DNA of 33,489 nucleotides from Chloroflexota bacterium (GTDB lineage Bacteria; Chloroflexota; Dehalococcoidia; UBA2247; RBG-13-53-26): NCBI GenBank assembly GCA_003650185.1, contig QMOF01000001.1, positions 1 to 33,489 of the forward strand, read 5' to 3'. Shown piece by piece: positions 1 to 6,791 of this stretch (position 1 is its first letter; each line of letters starts with the position of its first letter). The notes under the pieces were generated by a model. It saw only the letters and a program-made list of their open reading frames with translations, ran no database searches and was not told where the DNA came from. The position numbers and the translations under genes were made by a program.

Positions 1-509
1 ACCTTGTCAAACGCATCTTCGCCGGGCACCCGCCACGGCGAGTGTCCAGAGACCTCTGTGTCAAGAGGCAGACCCTCGACGCTCGAATGTAATCTCACCT
101 CTGCGGGCCCGGCGCGTCCTGTCTTGGCCCGGTTGAACCAGAGGAGGTCTGCAGGCTGCCGAGCCACCAGCGGTGTTCTCTCGAACTTCCTTTGCACATG
201 GCCGACCATATTGCGGACCGGGGCCAGCAGGCGATCGGCCCACCCCACCCCACCAGCAGCCGGATACTGCGGTCTCCACACGGGCAGTCCTCGGAGCTGC
301 GGCTGGCGGGAGATAATCCCAATGCGCTGGGCAAGCTCCACGGCGAACCGGCTGCCGCGCCACACGACACGGGAGGCAAAGGCGCGGCCCACGTCCCTCC
401 AGCCCTGGACCTCTTGCCCTGTACCTGAGGAAGGCGTTTGGCTGCTGCGCTCGGGCTCCGGCCCCTCGGCCGGGCCTCCTTCCTGTCTGCCCTTCTTTCT
501 CCGAGCCAT
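1..509 (-). CDS. hypothetical protein, N-terminal part only (gene runs off the window); next gene of the eCIS operon after the second tube gene
   Basis: Absent from the ORF track because it has no stop inside the window. A reverse-strand ATG at 507-509 lies 6 nt after the TAG of the tube gene. It opens a frame with no stop for 169 codons (MARRKKGRQEGGPAEG...DVGRAFASRVVWRGSRFAVELAQRIGII...). Third codon positions are mostly G/C, as in neighbouring genes. I recognise no family. Confidence 0.5.
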   Translation of the reverse strand, partial: MARRKKGRQEGGPAEGPEPERSSQTPSSGTGQEVQGWRDVGRAFASRVVWRGSRFAVELAQRIGIISRQPQLRGLPVWRPQYPAAGGVGWADRLLAPVRNMVGHVQRKFERTPLVARQPADLLWFNRAKTGRAGPAEVRLHSSVEGLPLDTEVSGHSPWRVPGEDAFDK

Positions 510-515
510 ATTGGC

Positions 516-965
516 CTACTGTTTTTCCAGAGTCATGCCTTCGTGGGTCAGCTCCAGCGTTTCAATGGAAACGCCGTTGTCGTCGACCTTGAAAGCCGGG
601 CCTACCCATTTCACCGGGTAGGCCCGGACCAGGTTCCATCTCCACGCCTCCGAACCGTCGTAGTAGTGGAGCACTATGGATACGTTCTTGCGCTTCTGCT
701 CGCCTTCGATGATGGACTGGAACCAGTCCCACAAATCGCTGCCTGCAGCATATCCCCGCTTCAACGTCACGTTAGAGTACTTGACCCTCCCCGGCAGCTT
801 GTGGATCTGGTCGTTCAGACCGCCTTCTTCATAAGAGAAGACCTCTCTCTCCACATCAAGGCCCGAGCACTCAGTGAACTGAGCGTGCGACATACCTTCT
901 ATTTCGACCGTGAACCGATAGTTCTGCAGGTAGTCGACAACCTCACCCGGATTAGCCATCGTCAT
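516..965 (-). CDS. contractile tail tube protein, T4 gp19 / Afp5-like (second tube paralogue)
   Basis: 149 aa. The pattern YRFTVEIEG..F.ECSGL..E.EV..Y.EGG......LPGRVKYSNVTLKRG......W.W is typical of gp19-type tube proteins. It is also shared with the 1704-2147 paralogue. An alternative ATG at 959 has a better-spaced GGGAG. Confidence 0.85.
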   Translation of the reverse strand: MTMANPGEVVDYLQNYRFTVEIEGMSHAQFTECSGLDVEREVFSYEEGGLNDQIHKLPGRVKYSNVTLKRGYAAGSDLWDWFQSIIEGEQKRKNVSIVLHYYDGSEAWRWNLVRAYPVKWVGPAFKVDDNGVSIETLELTHEGMTLEKQ

Positions 966-1158
966 ACTCCCATGCTAAACCCTGCAACGGAACTGCGCTC
1001 CGGCACCCCATGGCGCGTTCGCACACCAGCCATCGAACCCTGCAGGCCGCCTCCCGCGGCGCACGTCCGCCCACGACACGGCCTCTCACCCTATGCACGG
1101 CTGACCGCAAGACCATACCAGCAACCCCCGAGGCTGACGGCCCGAGCGCCCAAGCCAC

Positions 1159-1362
1159 CTACCCCTCGCTAAGCCTGCGGTTTATGCCACCGATCTCCTC
1201 GACCCACCGCTGTCTTTCCTGGTGCTCCATCTCCAGGATTTCCCGGCGCGGCCAGTGGAAATAGTAGGCGATGTAGGCTACCTCCTCGTACAGGCGGTCG
1301 AGGGGGTAGCCCTTTATGCCCCCCCCAGGCGGCCCATATCTACCTCGAAATTGTGCCCGCAC
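1159..1362 (-). CDS. -1 frame extension of the tail assembly chaperone (small conserved-looking domain GYPLDRLYEEVAYIAYYFHW...), probably made only as a frameshift fusion
   Basis: The 67-codon frame overlaps the 3' end of ORF 1314-1682 by 49 nt. Its only upstream start is a GTG at 1362 with no Shine-Dalgarno sequence. The protein-like sequence begins right after the G8 run. Confidence 0.6.
   Translation of the reverse strand: MRAQFRGRYGPPGGGIKGYPLDRLYEEVAYIAYYFHWPRREILEMEHQERQRWVEEIGGINRRLSEG
1276..1326 (-). other. putative -1 programmed ribosomal frameshift cassette (slippery heptamer + spacer + hairpin)
   Basis: The minus-strand RNA reads CTG GGG GGG GCA TAA in the zero frame (plus-strand C8 at 1319-1326), giving heptamer G GGG GGG at 1320-1326. 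After an 8-nt spacer comes the hairpin GGCTACC-C-CCTCG [ACCGCCTGTA] CGAGG-A-GGTAGCC at 1276-1311 (12 bp). Confidence 0.55.
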
Positions 1363-1682
1363 TCAGGACAGGTAGTGGGAATCATGCTTGTCCCGTTCTC
1401 ATTGATCCGGCGATAGAACTCCTGAAGGTAGGCCAGGTCGGCCGAGAACAGGTTCTCGATCACCCCGGTATTGACATCCTTCAGGTTGCCAAGCTTGGTG
1501 ATCACTCTGGAGAGCAGGACGACCACCAGGTAAGCCTGGTTGGCCTTCACCCGCATGTCTTTCAGCGGGAATATCTCGTCGGCCGCCGTGGCCAGGCGCA
1601 TGACGCCGTGCTTGTGGAGGTTGCCCTCCTTGTCCACGTAGCCCCGTGGCAAGGTGAACTCGAATTCGGTCTGCAGAGTCAT
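1314..1682 (-). CDS. phage-type tail assembly chaperone-like protein (zero-frame product)
   Basis: 122 aa, with GAGGTGA 5 nt upstream of the ATG. It lies directly after the sheath and tube genes, where P2 E/E' and lambda G/GT chaperones sit. The sequence MTLQTEFEFTLPRGYVDKEGNLHKHGVMRLATAADEI resembles proteins annotated 'phage tail assembly protein' in eCIS loci (from memory). Confidence 0.7.
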   Translation of the reverse strand: MTLQTEFEFTLPRGYVDKEGNLHKHGVMRLATAADEIFPLKDMRVKANQAYLVVVLLSRVITKLGNLKDVNTGVIENLFSADLAYLQEFYRRINENGTSMIPTTCPECGHNFEVDMGRLGGA

Positions 1683-1703
1683 CTGCTCACCTCAGTCACA
1701 CTC

Positions 1704-2147
1704 TTACTGCGACCGCACCATACCCTCGTGGACTATGGTGAGCTCCTCGATGCCGACTTCATTCGAGCTTGACGACAGAGTCGGACCAGAGATCTTCGTC
1801 GGCCAAGCATTCACGATGTCCCACCGCGCGATCTCCTGGTAGTTCCGGTCCATCATGACGATGGAGCAGTTGGTACGGGCAGAGCTCAGGTCACCCTGCT
1901 CCACCTCCTGACGCCACTCCCACATGTCCAGGTTCGCAGTTATGCCTCGCTTGAGCGTAATCGGGGACCACTTCAGCCGGCCGGGTATCTGCTTCACCAG
2001 TTCATGGCCGCTGTCATCCACCACCTTGTGCTCTATTACCTCGTGCTCCGAGCCCAGCCCAGAGACCTCTGTGAAATACCCATCCGCCTTACCCTCGATC
2101 TCAAGGCGGAAATTAAAGCCTACTAACGGGTCTTCGCCATTTGCCAT
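1704..2147 (-). CDS. contractile tail tube protein, T4 gp19 / Afp1-like
   Basis: 147 aa. VGFNFRLEIEG...YFTEVSGLGSEHEVIEH......IPGRLKWSPITLKRG is the gp19-type tube signature. AAGGAGGTG lies upstream. Confidence 0.9.
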   Translation of the reverse strand: MANGEDPLVGFNFRLEIEGKADGYFTEVSGLGSEHEVIEHKVVDDSGHELVKQIPGRLKWSPITLKRGITANLDMWEWRQEVEQGDLSSARTNCSIVMMDRNYQEIARWDIVNAWPTKISGPTLSSSSNEVGIEELTIVHEGMVRSQ

Positions 2148-2169
2148 GGCTCATTCACCTCCTTTCAGT

Positions 2170-3723
2170 CTACTCCGCCACTGCGGAAGCGCCAGCCCAC
2201 TGGCTGATGCGGAAGATCACGAACTCCGCCGGCTTTACCGGGGCCATCCCGACCTCGATTATCACCTGTCCGGCGTCACGCACCTCAACCGTGTTCAGCT
2301 CCTCGTCGCATTTCACGTAGAAGGCTTCATCGGGGGTGTTGCCAAATAGTGCCCCATCACGCCACACTCTGGTGAGGAAGGCCTTGACATCCCGCCTGAT
2401 GCGCGCCCAGAGACGCGGGTCATTGGGCTCGAAGACCGTCCACTGAGTGCCCACCTCGATGGACTTCTCCACGAAGTTGAACAACCGGCGCACGTTGATG
2501 TAGCGCCAGGATGGGTCACTGGAGATGGTCCGGGCGCCCCAGACGCGAATGCCCCTGCCGGGGAAGGCACGGATGCAGTTTATCCCCACCGGATTGAGGG
2601 AGTCTTGCTCGCTCTTGGTGATCTGCGTTTCCAGTCCGATGCAGCCCTGCACCACCTCGTTGGCCGGGGCCTTGTGCACGCCGCGCTGGGTGTCGCTGCG
2701 CGCATAGATGCCAGCCATGTGGCCCGACGGCGGCACGAAGATGCCCTCACCGTTGCCAAGCGGGTTGGCTACCTTAATCCAGGGATAGTAGACCGCACCG
2801 TATTTGGAGTCGTACCCGGCCTCGTTGACGATCCAGTCCTTCACCTCCTGAGGGCTCTGGCCTGGCAGGCAGTCCAGTATGGCAAAACGGTCCCTCATGT
2901 TGGCGGCATGGTCCAGCATGGCTGTCTGGACGAGCTTGACGCCTTCTTTAGAGATGGCGCCCGCCTGGTAAGCGGCCATTACATCTGGACAGACCACCAT
3001 GGTAACGTCGTCGCACAGCTCAAGTCCGTTCACGCCAGAGCGCTCCTCGGCACTGCCCACGATCGCGGTGGGGCTGATTTCCCTCACCACGACTGCTTGC
3101 GTCGCAGCGGCCGTCAGAGGGTAGGTCCCCGGCGCAGGTGTCCGCTCGGCTATACTCAGTGTGGACTCCTTCTCCGCCACGCGAATCAGCTTGGACTCCC
3201 TGTTGACCACTTCTACTACGTTGCGGGCCCCTTTGCCCCTCCTGAAGGTCACGTTCTCGAAGGTCTCCTCCGCTTTGCTGCTGATTACCTTGAGGTTAAA
3301 CAGATCCTCCGGCACGTCCTCGCCCACGGGCCTACTGACCTCTACCTTGATCTCGCCTTCCTCCAGGGCGGTCACATTAAGAGTGGTGATCGATGGCTGC
3401 GCGCCGCTGGGCAGAGCTGCCTGGGCCACAGGCCGACTTTCCTCCGCCTCGCCCCCGCCACCGGGCAGCCGACTGACATAGCAGCTGCCACCGCCATTGT
3501 GGAAGTACCCGTAGACGGCATGAGCCAGGTAGCTGCCCGGCATGAACTCGCCAAAGGTCTGCACGAACTGGCCCCAGTTAGCGATAAACGTCGGATAGTT
3601 GACCGGTCCCTTTTGGGCAAAACCGATGAAGGCCGCCACGGAAGTGCCCGCACCTTCAATAGGTTTGGCTCCCTTGTCAACCTCTTCAACGTACACCCCG
3701 GGGGACAGATATTGAGGTGACAT
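2170..3723 (-). CDS. contractile tail sheath protein (Afp2-4 / PVC-like)
   Basis: 517 aa. The N-terminus is YLSPGVYVEEVDKGAKPIEG.GTSVAAFIGFA. The C-terminal block NPVGINCIRAFPGRGIRVWGARTIS...WRYINVRRL is characteristic of phage/eCIS sheath proteins. A strong SD (GAAAGGAGG) is present. Confidence 0.93.
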   Translation of the reverse strand: MSPQYLSPGVYVEEVDKGAKPIEGAGTSVAAFIGFAQKGPVNYPTFIANWGQFVQTFGEFMPGSYLAHAVYGYFHNGGGSCYVSRLPGGGGEAEESRPVAQAALPSGAQPSITTLNVTALEEGEIKVEVSRPVGEDVPEDLFNLKVISSKAEETFENVTFRRGKGARNVVEVVNRESKLIRVAEKESTLSIAERTPAPGTYPLTAAATQAVVVREISPTAIVGSAEERSGVNGLELCDDVTMVVCPDVMAAYQAGAISKEGVKLVQTAMLDHAANMRDRFAILDCLPGQSPQEVKDWIVNEAGYDSKYGAVYYPWIKVANPLGNGEGIFVPPSGHMAGIYARSDTQRGVHKAPANEVVQGCIGLETQITKSEQDSLNPVGINCIRAFPGRGIRVWGARTISSDPSWRYINVRRLFNFVEKSIEVGTQWTVFEPNDPRLWARIRRDVKAFLTRVWRDGALFGNTPDEAFYVKCDEELNTVEVRDAGQVIIEVGMAPVKPAEFVIFRISQWAGASAVAE

Positions 3724-3927
3724 ACTAAGCCTCCTTTCAGTACCACTGTTGCACCGGGAACCTCAGCTATCGCTGGGAGTCCACCCGGCCCGCCCCGTTC
3801 CCGGCATGCTTCGGGACGCGTCCGGAATCTCCCTCTGAGCGTCTCACATCTTCGCACCCCCCTTTCTCAAGCCTCCGCCTGTCAGTCAGCCATCGACAAC
3901 AAACGGTATTCTTCCTTATCGGCGGGC

Positions 3928-4743
3928 TCAGATTTCAATATCGTAGCTCGGGCTGGGCACAGCAAGCTGCAACTCGCGCTTCTTCCTGCCCGGAGCCGAG
4001 ACTTCAACGGTATATGAGCCATAGACCAGCTTGCGGAAAGCGTATTTGCCCTCCTCGTCGCTCCTCGCCGTTTTCTGGAGCTCCTTGAGGAAGAGAGTGG
4101 CCTCGGCCACCACCTCTTCCGGTTTACCCCTGGCATGAACAACACCGCTTACCAGGACCGCCTGGTCAGCCGGTGCCTCGCCCTTCTGACTGAACTCCAG
4201 GACTGTGGTCTTCACCAGCGGCGACGTGAACTTCATGTCGATGTCCACCGGCACGGTGAGCACGTAGTTAATTGACGCCCTGAGCTGGTTCTCCAGTGCC
4301 CCCCAGAAATCAGCCGCGTTCATGTTGATCCCGTTCGGCTGAGCCGTAAAGGCAAGAACGGGGCATTGCGACTCCTTGAGTACCCCCTGGAGCAGGTCCG
4401 CAGGTAGCTCCTGGTAGCGGGACAGGGTGGCCAGGAGATGCCCCAGCAGGCGGTGCTGGTCAGCCGTGTCGTTGGTCCAAACAGTGACCAGGTAGGACAG
4501 ATCGATCCGAAGCGGTGGCTTCGCCATAACGGCACTGCCGCCGCTGCGCTTCATAATCCATTCGTTGTTGCGAAGCTGGTGGTTCTCGCGTATGTCATAG
4601 AGATAAAGGTTGACCGTGGGACGGGACACGGAAGCCGACCACTCCCTGTCCGGCATATCGAAGCTGATGTCAACCTCCGCCGGATCCAGAGGGACCTTCT
4701 GTATCAGTAACTGTTTCAGAGTCTCATCAACGTCATTGATCAC
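3928..4743 (-). CDS. DUF4255 (Pvc16/Afp16-like) tail terminator/cap protein with extra C-terminal carboxypeptidase-regulatory-like beta-sandwich domain
   Basis: 271 aa with a GTG start. The N-terminus MINDVDETLKQLLIQKVPLD...VDISFDMPDREW....RPTVNLYLYDIRENHQLRNNEW matches the DUF4255 pattern. The C-terminal ~75 aa (VSGVVHARGKP...ARSDEEGKYAFRKLVYGSYTVEVSAPG) fit the CarboxypepD_reg-like pattern. Confidence 0.8.
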   Translation of the reverse strand: MINDVDETLKQLLIQKVPLDPAEVDISFDMPDREWSASVSRPTVNLYLYDIRENHQLRNNEWIMKRSGGSAVMAKPPLRIDLSYLVTVWTNDTADQHRLLGHLLATLSRYQELPADLLQGVLKESQCPVLAFTAQPNGINMNAADFWGALENQLRASINYVLTVPVDIDMKFTSPLVKTTVLEFSQKGEAPADQAVLVSGVVHARGKPEEVVAEATLFLKELQKTARSDEEGKYAFRKLVYGSYTVEVSAPGRKKRELQLAVPSPSYDIEI

Positions 4744-4787
4744 GGTTCACACCCCCCGGACTCGATCAAGCCAGCCCGTGCCCAGCA

Positions 4788-5840
4788 TCACTTTCCTTCT
4801 CTGGTAGAAGTCCCTTTGCCAACCCCAAGCTCCGCTTCAATGCGCTTCAGCTTCGCAGCATACCTCTCCACGTCAGCCCTCAGCTTCATCACTTCTGCCG
4901 CCTTCTGCTTGGCAGCGTCCACGACCTCCTTCGGCGAGCTGGCAGACTCCAGTATCATTCCCACGGCCCCGGAATCTGCTGACGGTACAATTGACTTGTC
5001 CAGGGCATAAAGCGTGGCGTTTCTCAGCCTGATCTTTCTCAAGAGCGATCCCATGGCCGCCATGATCCTTATTCCATTCTTCACCGCGCCGGTGATGTCC
5101 ACCTTGCGCAGCAGACGCGGAATGAGGCCGATCACAGGCATGGTCAGCGGGAGTTCATATTTCTTGCAGAAGTCCGACACCGCGATCGGGTCAACCCCGG
5201 GGCCAGCGGCCTTGGCCAGACATGCCAGAGCCAACAGGTGGTGACGGTGCTCCAGGACCTTCCGGTGCAGTTCGCTCCACAGCCCTTCCATCATGGGCTT
5301 CAGTACCACCAGGTAGTAGAGTTTCTCCCCACCACCCTTCGAAACTTCGGTCTTGGCGCTGCCCCTGCCTTCCTCCGGCGCCAACAGGACCGCAGGGCTT
5401 GGCCGCAGGGCTGTCTCGGCCGAAGGCGAAAAGACGGCGAAGCTCCCCCCAACCTCGTATGCGGCGCTCTCTGAGTCGGCGTGCTCGTTGACCGTCTTTC
5501 CAGGAGCCTCGTCAGCTACCGCCACAGTCCGACCCCCCTCGTCCAGAGACTGTACGCGCCCCAGCAACCGTTGGACGTATGCGTTGCCGACCCGCTGCTG
5601 CAACTGGCTCACCATTTGGATCTTGCGGGTCTCGTTGGCAGGCTGGCGAAACCGAGCATCGGTCAACAAGGAGGCATACCTCTCGAACGAAAGCTCCGCT
5701 GCCGAGCCCTCACCGAGGGCATCAAGGAATAGCCGGTCAGCCAGTGCACTGGAGGCTCCCCCGCTTGGCCTGCGCGCTCCCCGTATTGCTCTACCTTTTT
5801 CGGCGGCGTCAGACCGCCCTTTCACCTTCGGCTGCCTCAT
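4788..5840 (-). CDS. hypothetical protein, candidate eCIS cargo; N-terminal leader shared with the neighbouring DUF4157 protein
   Basis: The track ORF starts at GTG 5858. The ATG at 5840 has GGGAGG 5 nt upstream and is preferred (350 aa). Residues ~58-99 (track numbering) align with residues 45-86 of ORF 5904-6776, ending in the identical GNAYVQRLL. I do not recognise the C-terminal ~200 aa. Confidence 0.6.
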   Translation of the reverse strand: MRQPKVKGRSDAAEKGRAIRGARRPSGGASSALADRLFLDALGEGSAAELSFERYASLLTDARFRQPANETRKIQMVSQLQQRVGNAYVQRLLGRVQSLDEGGRTVAVADEAPGKTVNEHADSESAAYEVGGSFAVFSPSAETALRPSPAVLLAPEEGRGSAKTEVSKGGGEKLYYLVVLKPMMEGLWSELHRKVLEHRHHLLALACLAKAAGPGVDPIAVSDFCKKYELPLTMPVIGLIPRLLRKVDITGAVKNGIRIMAAMGSLLRKIRLRNATLYALDKSIVPSADSGAVGMILESASSPKEVVDAAKQKAAEVMKLRADVERYAAKLKRIEAELGVGKGTSTREGK

Positions 5841-5903
5841 CGCCGCCTCCCTGTCCACTGTCTGTCAACATTGACGCACCCCCGGACACTCATTCCACCC
5901 AGC

Positions 5904-6776
5904 CTATCGCCTTGCGCGTCTTCTGCCGCGCCCTGATTTCCCACCGGAATTGCCCGACCCTTCGGCTTGTATCGTCTCGACGCGCCGCGCCACCCCACCC
6001 GCGGGGGTGGACGCCGACTGCTGCACCACGTGGGTCAGCTCATGCGCGATGAGCTTCTTGCCATCATCCGAGCCAGGCCGATATTCGCCCTCACGGAAAA
6101 AGATATCGCGCCCCGTGGTGAATGCTCTGGCGCTCAGTTGCCTTGCCAGGGCATTGGCCTCAGCATCAGCGTGGACCCGCACGCCGTTGAAATCGTGCCC
6201 ATAGACAGGCTCAAAGGAGGCACGCACGGACTCGGGCAACTGCTGCCCGCTGCCCCGGGCTGCTTCAATCCGGTTCTCGATGTCGCTGGACACCGCCATG
6301 TCCCGGCCGATGTCGGACTTCGCCTGTACCTCCTCCTCTTCTTCCTCCTGGCGCTGGACGGCCTTTGCCTGCACCAGCTCTTCCTCTTCTTCCGGCGCCT
6401 GGCGCTGCACCTGAGGGCTCGTCATCCGCGTGACCGCCTCGGCCACCCTGTCTGCCTCTTTCTCATAGGCGCTGTCCGGCGAACTGACGGTGAGCTTTGC
6501 CTGTGGAGACATGGAATCCAGCAGCCGCTGGACGTATGCATTTCCATAGCTCCGCTGCAGCCCGCTCAGCAATCTCGCCTTTTGTGCGGCATTGGCGGGG
6601 TGTGAGAGCCGGCCATCACCGAGCATGGCTGCATGTGCTTCCAGCGAGCGCGCTCCTGTCACATCTGCCTCGGGCGTGTCAACGGGGGCCTTCAGCTTCT
6701 CAGCCGCTGGGGTCAGTCTCTTCTTCACCCGCGATTTCTCTTCCGACTGGGCCTTCCTGACGTCATGCTCTGTCAT
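5904..6776 (-). CDS. DUF4157 domain protein (zincin-like HExxH), eCIS-associated
   Basis: 290 aa. The DUF4157 core is LPESVRASFEPVYGHDFNGVRVHADAEANALARQLSARAFTTGRDIFF....LIAHELTHVVQQ (HELTH encoded at 6030-6044). The N-terminal leader carries LQRSYGNAYVQRLL. A tandem acidic linker and an Arg-rich tail are present. GGAGGTG SD. Confidence 0.85.
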   Translation of the reverse strand: MTEHDVRKAQSEEKSRVKKRLTPAAEKLKAPVDTPEADVTGARSLEAHAAMLGDGRLSHPANAAQKARLLSGLQRSYGNAYVQRLLDSMSPQAKLTVSSPDSAYEKEADRVAEAVTRMTSPQVQRQAPEEEEELVQAKAVQRQEEEEEEVQAKSDIGRDMAVSSDIENRIEAARGSGQQLPESVRASFEPVYGHDFNGVRVHADAEANALARQLSARAFTTGRDIFFREGEYRPGSDDGKKLIAHELTHVVQQSASTPAGGVARRVETIQAEGSGNSGGKSGRGRRRARR

Positions 6777-6791
6777 CTGGACACCTCCGGT

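Noticed and set aside
952-1158. Minus-strand 68-aa ORF filling the spacer between the chaperone and the second tube gene
   Set aside because: It has an Arg/Gly/Ala-rich low-complexity translation and no SD, and it overlaps the tube start. It is treated as non-coding spacer.
4-1172. Plus-strand ORFs 4-621 (205 aa) and 438-1172 (244 aa)
   Set aside because: Both have Ser/Arg/Pro/Cys/Trp-rich junk-like translations. They lie antisense to a clear gp19-type tube gene and to an open minus-strand frame with proper codon bias. These are typical shadow ORFs of GC-rich DNA.
2605-3720. 371-aa plus-strand ORF
   Set aside because: It is entirely antisense to the well-supported sheath gene and has no recognisable motifs.
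3372-4145. Minus-strand ORFs 3372-3857 and 3882-4145 around the sheath/cap intergenic gap
   Set aside because: They are out of frame with, and overlap, the sheath and cap genes. Their translations are Arg/Pro-rich nonsense.
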